From an uncultured Arcobacteraceae bacterium (lineage in GTDB: Bacteria; Campylobacterota; Campylobacteria; Campylobacterales; Arcobacteraceae), in contig CAXHZO010000002.1 in assembly GCA_964022095.1 (NCBI GenBank), positions 256,001 to 320,000 of the forward strand: a stretch of DNA of 64,000 bases. The letters run 5' to 3'. The notes below the pieces were generated by a model. That model did not search any database, was not told where the DNA came from, and worked only from the letters and a program-made list of their open reading frames with translations. The translations under genes were made by a program, and so were the position numbers. Positions 58,711 to 64,000 of the stretch are shown in pieces. The stretch's first letter is position 1, and the number at the start of each line of letters is the position of its first letter.

Positions 58711-59337
58711 ATGAGCCTTATAATGTTCGATATGGACGGTACTTTAATAGATAGTGGTTATGCAATAACTAATACTATTAATCATGTTAGAGAGAATTTA
58801 GGATTTGAAACACTAGAAAAAAATTTTATTTTAGAAAAAGTAAATGACCCGCATATTAATGCTGCAGAGTTTTTTTATGGAACAAAAGACTTTACTCAAC
58901 AACAAAAAGAATTATTTGAAGAGTACTATAATATTCATTGCTTAACTGATTTAGTAGTTTATGAAGGTATTTCAAAACTTATTAAAGATTTAAAAAGTGA
59001 TAACTTTACTTTAGCCGTTGCTACAAATGCAAATTCTGATTATGCACATAAAATGTTAAATCATGTAGGCCTAGGTAAATATTTTTCTACAATTTTAGGT
59101 TACGATAGTGTATTAAATCCAAAACCACATCCAGAAATGGTAAATAAAATTTTACATAAGCATAGTATTCAAAAAGAAAAAGCTCAATTAATTGGAGATT
59201 CACATAAAGATATAATGGCTGCAACTAATGCAGGAGTTGATTCAGTTCTTGTAAACTGGGGTTTTTCAAACCATGAAGAAGATGCTATTGAAACAGTAGC
59301 ACAATTAGAAAAAAGAATCTTTGATAAATTTAAATAG
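58711..59337 (+). CDS. HAD family hydrolase (phosphoglycolate phosphatase-like)
   Basis: FDMDGTLIDS, VATN, KPHPE, IGDS..D..AA.NAG. Confidence 0.92.
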   Translation: MSLIMFDMDGTLIDSGYAITNTINHVRENLGFETLEKNFILEKVNDPHINAAEFFYGTKDFTQQQKELFEEYYNIHCLTDLVVYEGISKLIKDLKSDNFTLAVATNANSDYAHKMLNHVGLGKYFSTILGYDSVLNPKPHPEMVNKILHKHSIQKEKAQLIGDSHKDIMAATNAGVDSVLVNWGFSNHEEDAIETVAQLEKRIFDKFK

Positions 59338-59345
59338 GTCTATAA

Positions 59346-59513
59346 GTGTTTAACAAAATAAAAGAATTATTCAAAAAAGAAGAAAGATTTTCATGTATTA
59401 TATTTGATGGGAAAGAGATGAAATATATGGATTTAACTCAAAAAGAAATAGATGAAATGAAATCTAATCCTAAATATAAAGATTGGACAATAAATAAAAA
59501 AGACGAGTGTTAG
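59346..59513 (+). CDS. Small hypothetical protein, 55 aa (below ORF-track cutoff)
   Basis: GTG start with AGGT upstream, 8 nt after the HAD stop. MFNKIKELFKKEERFSCIIFDGKEMKYMDLTQKEIDEMKSNPKYKDWTINKKDEC*; stop overlaps the convergent gene's stop. Confidence 0.65.
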   Translation: MFNKIKELFKKEERFSCIIFDGKEMKYMDLTQKEIDEMKSNPKYKDWTINKKDEC

Positions 59514-60190
59514 TTTATATCAATAAACTTATACTCACCCTCTTCTAAATCTTCAACACTAAATTCTCCAAAACTAACTCTATGAAGTTTTATTACTTTG
59601 TTTCCAACAGCTGCAAACATTCTTTTTACTTGATGATACTTACCTTCAACTATTTCTAATCTTACTAAGGTATCACTAATAACTTCAAGTTTTGCAGGTA
59701 ATAGTGGTTTATCTTCACCTTTTAATACTAAATTACCACTTGCAAATATCTCTTTTTCTTCACCATTTAAAGCTTGGGCTAAAGTTGCTTCATAGATTTT
59801 TGGAATATTACTTCTTGGACTTGTAAGTCTATGGTTTAATTTTCCATCATCAGTTAATAATATTGCTCCTGTTGTATCAACATCAAGTCTTCCTACGGTT
59901 GATATTTTAGGATTTCGATGTAACCATCTTGGTGGAAGAAGATTATATATTAATGCTCCTGCATCATCATGGGAGCAAATAGTTCTTTGTGGTTTATTCA
60001 TAAGAATAGTAATACTTATAGGATCTAATGGTTCATTGTTTAATTTTAAATCACTATGTTTAACTTTTAATGCAGGATTTCTAACTGCTTCTTGTTTATG
60101 TGTAAGTTCATTTTCTCTTAAAAATCTATTTGCTTGTTTTCTTGTACAATAACCTAATTGAGAAAGTAATGCATCAACTCTTTTTAACAT
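59510..60190 (-). CDS. RsuA-family rRNA pseudouridine synthase
   Basis: S4-like N-terminus, MNKP, VGRLDVDTTG..LLTDDG, EGKYHQVKRMF.AVG..V..LHR. Confidence 0.92.
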   Translation of the reverse strand: MLKRVDALLSQLGYCTRKQANRFLRENELTHKQEAVRNPALKVKHSDLKLNNEPLDPISITILMNKPQRTICSHDDAGALIYNLLPPRWLHRNPKISTVGRLDVDTTGAILLTDDGKLNHRLTSPRSNIPKIYEATLAQALNGEEKEIFASGNLVLKGEDKPLLPAKLEVISDTLVRLEIVEGKYHQVKRMFAAVGNKVIKLHRVSFGEFSVEDLEEGEYKFIDIN

Positions 60191-60257
60191 GTATTATTCA
60201 CTTTAATTTTTTTGTGATACTAACATCTTTTTAGTTAAAATTTGGTATCTTCTTTTT

Positions 60258-60932
60258 ATGGAATTAATTGATAATGAACACAAAATTTACTTACTTGATT
60301 TAGATAATTATAGTTTCCCTACATTAAATATGATGGATGATGATTTAGTTGCAGTTGGAGGGGATTTTCATCCTCAAAGATTAATAAACGCATATGAAAA
60401 TGGAATTTTTCCATGGTTTATTGATGATTATAATCATATACATTGGTTCTCACCACAAGAACGAATGGTTTTAAAACCAAATGAAATGAAAATATCTAAA
60501 AGCTTAAAAAAATCTATCAAAAATAAAGGCTTTGAAATAAAATCTAATACTAGGTTTTCTGATGTAATAAAAGAGTGTGGACAGATAAAAAGAAAACATG
60601 AAGATGATACATGGATAGATGATAATTTTATAATAGCTTATTCAAACCTTCATCACCTAGGATATGCACATAGTATAGAGTGTTTTTTAAACGATGAATT
60701 AGTCGGTGGCTTATATGGAATATTGATACATGATAAAGTATTTTGTGGAGAGAGTATGTTTTCAAAAGTCAGTGATGCTTCTAAAGTTGCATTTTATCAT
60801 TTATGTAAATGGTGCGAAGAAAATGAAATTGAATTAATTGATTGTCAAGTTCATAATGAACATCTACAAAGCTTAGGTGCTTATGAAATAACTAGAAATG
60901 AATATTTTGACTATTTAATAAATAATAAATAG
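60258..60932 (+). CDS. aat: Leucyl/phenylalanyl-tRNA-protein transferase
   Basis: AVGGD....RL..AY..GIFPW, W.SP..R, AHSIE, LVGGLYG, FCGESMFS...DASK, IDCQ...HL.SLGA. Confidence 0.95.
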   Translation: MELIDNEHKIYLLDLDNYSFPTLNMMDDDLVAVGGDFHPQRLINAYENGIFPWFIDDYNHIHWFSPQERMVLKPNEMKISKSLKKSIKNKGFEIKSNTRFSDVIKECGQIKRKHEDDTWIDDNFIIAYSNLHHLGYAHSIECFLNDELVGGLYGILIHDKVFCGESMFSKVSDASKVAFYHLCKWCEENEIELIDCQVHNEHLQSLGAYEITRNEYFDYLINNK

Positions 60933-61100
60933 TTATTTTTGCATTGTTTTGATTATTTACTCCAAATAGCCTATAAATGATATATTTAGGCTATGATATC
61001 CTTATACAATCTCATAATATTTAAATTATAATAATTTTTATGGTAAAATATTATTAACTAATATTTAAAAAATAATTTAGTTTTATGAATAGGAGTATTG

Positions 61101-62612
61101 ATGTTTTTTCAAAACAAGAAAAAAGATGAAGAGATTTTAGTTTTAAAAAATAGAATAAAAGAGTTAGAGTCAGCTCAAGAGAATGAAAATATATTAATTG
61201 ATTAAATTAATGATGTTTTAAAAAAGTTCGAAAAAGGTTTTTATGGAATTAGTGTTAAATCTAATAGTGAGAATGAAAAATTAAACAAAATTAAAGAGAC
61301 ACTAAATAGCGCATTATTAACTAATGCAGAATTTGCAGATAGAGGTATTCAAACTTTAATACAATATGGTAACTCTAATTTTAATCATAAAATAGATACA
61401 AAAAATCTTAGCGGAAAGATGGGTTCTATTGTATTAGGTGTAAGAGCATTAGGTGAAACAGTTTCTGAAATATTAGCTTTATTAGATGTTACTTCACAGG
61501 AATTACATAAAGAAGTTTCTGATTTGACAGTTGCTTCAAACAACTTAGCATCATCTTCAAACCAGCAAGCAGCAAACTTAGAAGAAACAGCAGCAGCCTT
61601 AGAAGAAGTTACAAGTACTATTATTAATAATAGTGAAAATACTAATAAAATGTCTCAACTATCTTATGAAGTTAACTCTTCAGCATCAAAAGGTGAAGAA
61701 TTAGCAAAAAATACAGTTGTTTCAATGAATAGTATTAATAATGAAGTTTCACAAATAGAAGAAGCAACTACCATTATTGATCAAATTGCATTTCAAACAA
61801 ATATTTTATCATTAAATGCAGCAGTTGAAGCTGCAACTGCAGGGGAAGCTGGAAAAGGATTTGCTGTTGTTGCTCAAGAAGTTAGAAACCTAGCAAGTAG
61901 AAGTGCTGAAGCTGCAAAAGATATAAATGATATTGTTCAAAAGGCTAAATCAAGAGCTAATGAAGGTAAAGATATAGCAGAAGAGATGATAAATGGTTAT
62001 AGTGTTTTAAATAAAAATATATCTAGTCAAATTAGTATTATTGATGAGGTATCTAATGCATCAAAAGAACAAAAAAGTGCTATTGAGCAAATAAATGATG
62101 CTGTAGCTCAATTAGACCAAGCAACACAACAAAATGCTTCAGCAGCTTCACAAATCAGTAATCAAAGTATACAAATAGAATCACTTGCTAAAAAACTTGT
62201 TAATGTTGTTGAAAATACTAGCTATATAGAAGGGTCTGAAAAACAAATATGTGATATTGATATGATGTTAACTCTAAATAGTTTAAAACTTGATCATATT
62301 AATTTTAAAGATAGTAACTTTAAACAATTAGATTCAAAGAAAACGTGGACAGTTAAAAATGAAAAAGAGTGTAATTTAGGGAAATGGATAATTCAACAAG
62401 AATCTAATGGTGAAATATTTACAAAAACTTCCAATTGGAATAAATTAAAAGAAGCTCATTTAAAAGTTCATGATGGAGTGCAATGTATTATAAATGACAA
62501 TGCAAGTGAAAATAGTGATAATATGTTAAGTGAAACATTAAATATTGACACTGCTATTAATGAAGTATTCTCTTCTTTACAACAAACAAAAAAAGATAAT
62601 TGTATAACGTAA
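61101..62612 (+). pseudogene. Cytoplasmic MCP with C-terminal CZB domain, interrupted by an in-frame TAA at codon 35
   Basis: AGGAG SD plus ATG 61101, in frame with the tracked ORF 61419..62612, with a single TAA at 61203-61205. MA-domain core and CZB ligands (DH, ECNLGKW, H..VH) are intact. Confidence 0.82.
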
Positions 62613-62615
62613 AAG

Positions 62616-63239
62616 CTATTTACGATAAGTTACTTTTATTTTTTTGCCTAAAACTTTGGGTTTTGTATTTAATATATTTAAATCCAAATAGGCTTTAATC
62701 ATTGCAAGTTTTTCTCTAGCTTGCATCTTTTCTAAGCTTTTAGTTCCTTTTATACTTTTTGCAGTAAATCCTATGGCTTTTTGTTTCTTACTTTTTGCAA
62801 TATATAAAGCTCTTTTTAAATGAAACTCTTGAGTAATGATTATATAATTATCTAAATCAAAAATTTCTTTTGCTCTAACAATAGAATCAAAAGTTCTATG
62901 ACCGTGATAATCTTTAGTTATATATTTAGAAGGAATACCTCTTTTGATTAAGTCTTTGTACATAGTTGTAACTTCATCATAGTATTCACTTTTATCCCCT
63001 GATACTACAATTGCTTTTATCTTATTTGCTTTCCATAATTTTACAGCAGCATCAATTCTATATTTATAAAAGTAGTTTTGCTTACCTTTTTTAATATATT
63101 TTGATGTACCTAAAACTAAGGCTGCTTTTTTTGGTGGTATTTCTTTTACATTAGAATATATTTTGTAGTTATTTTCATCTGCATGTATAAAAATTAGTGA
63201 AAAAATCAAAAATAATAGTATTTTATTTAGTTTATTCAT
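62616..63239 (-). CDS. sanA: SanA/YdcF (DUF218) family protein
   Basis: ALVLGTSK, N....YR..AA, VSGD...Y.E...M, D..G.RT.DS..RA, ITQ.FH..RA, RE.LA. Confidence 0.85.
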   Translation of the reverse strand: MNKLNKILLFLIFSLIFIHADENNYKIYSNVKEIPPKKAALVLGTSKYIKKGKQNYFYKYRIDAAVKLWKANKIKAIVVSGDKSEYYDEVTTMYKDLIKRGIPSKYITKDYHGHRTFDSIVRAKEIFDLDNYIIITQEFHLKRALYIAKSKKQKAIGFTAKSIKGTKSLEKMQAREKLAMIKAYLDLNILNTKPKVLGKKIKVTYRK

Positions 63240-63368
63240 AGTTTATTTCACAACCTATCTTATTTTTCAGTGATGTTCTAAAATAGCATAAGGTTAGTAA
63301 CAAATTAATAAGTTATAATAAAATTATTAATTATTAATTGAAATTTCTAAACGTAAAGGACATAATAT

Positions 63369-63971
63369 ATGATTAAGAAGAAAATTACTTTTGCTTTATC
63401 TATACTAACTCTTAGCTCTACAGCATTTGCAGCAAATTATGTTTCAAATGATTTATTTACCTATACTCATTCAGGTCCAGGTAATAAATATAAAATTTTA
63501 GGTGTTGTTAATGCTGGACAAAAAATTACTGTGTTAAATAGAAGCAATGGGTTTACACAAATAAGAGATTCAAAAGGACGAACAGTTTGGATGAACTCAA
63601 AATATGTTTCAAATCAACCAGGATTAAAAGAACAATTGGAAACTTTAAAAGTTCAATATAATCAAATAGACGAAAAACTACGTACTTTTGAAGATAGAGC
63701 TAATGAAGATAAAGCAAGTCTAGAAGAAAACTTAAGCTTAAATATAAATAAAGTTCAAGAACTACAAACAACAAATGCTAATTTAAGTGCTGAACTACAA
63801 AAAATAAAAGAAGAAAATAAATCTTTAAATAATTTACTTGATAAAGAAAAAAATGAACTATTGATTACATGGTTTACTTATGGTGGTATGGTAGCTGGAG
63901 CTGGTCTTTTACTAGGTTTAATTCTTCCTGTTTTAATTCCAAGTAGAAAAAAACACTCAAGATTTAATTAG
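63369..63971 (+). CDS. SH3-domain protein, YgiM/TIGR04211-like
   Basis: Signal peptide, Y.S..L.TY..SGPG..Y.I.G...AG SH3b start, coiled coil, WF.YGG.VAG.GLLLGL.LP TM and basic tail. Confidence 0.88.
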   Translation: MIKKKITFALSILTLSSTAFAANYVSNDLFTYTHSGPGNKYKILGVVNAGQKITVLNRSNGFTQIRDSKGRTVWMNSKYVSNQPGLKEQLETLKVQYNQIDEKLRTFEDRANEDKASLEENLSLNINKVQELQTTNANLSAELQKIKEENKSLNNLLDKEKNELLITWFTYGGMVAGAGLLLGLILPVLIPSRKKHSRFN

Positions 63972-64000
63972 TTTAATTATATAAGTTTATAAGATATAGG

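Noticed and set aside
60966-60994. Inverted repeat ATAGCCT...AGGCTAT after aat
   Set aside because: No U-tail and only a 7-bp core; cannot distinguish terminator, operator or chance.
1-64000. CRISPR arrays, IS elements, tRNA/rRNA genes
   Set aside because: No regularly spaced repeats, transposase ORFs, or cloverleaf/rRNA-like GC-rich segments seen by inspection.

Overview
This is a very AT-rich chromosomal window that, from gene content and order (xerH/difH, purD-RDD-lptD-PRT-pnp, CZB-type chemoreceptors), belongs to the Campylobacterota, most likely Arcobacteraceae (inferred, not searched). It spans the replication terminus: a difH site sits just upstream of xerH at about 7.3 kb, and gene orientation converges on it. 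Most of the content is housekeeping (lysC, rppH, hemW, prmC, prlC, pnp, lptD, purD, 6S RNA, hemD, der, hpf, ftsK, lpxD, ilvBN, ttcA, moeA, rmuC, aat). There is also a cheY-A-R-D-B operon, two diguanylate cyclases, two CZB-domain chemoreceptors (one with a nonsense codon), a decayed PAS-sensor gene and a BtuB/BtuF/ABC-like uptake operon. I saw no tRNA, rRNA, IS, prophage or CRISPR array. The most interesting unannotated signals cluster at 56.9-58.6 kb. One is a ~115-nt promoter-to-terminator RNA that displays an anti-Shine-Dalgarno loop. The other is a structured 61-codon leader ORF with a strong SD in front of the TonB-receptor operon, where no cobalamin riboswitch is recognisable. Also notable are a probable ATA start codon for ftsK and difH overlapping the xerH promoter.
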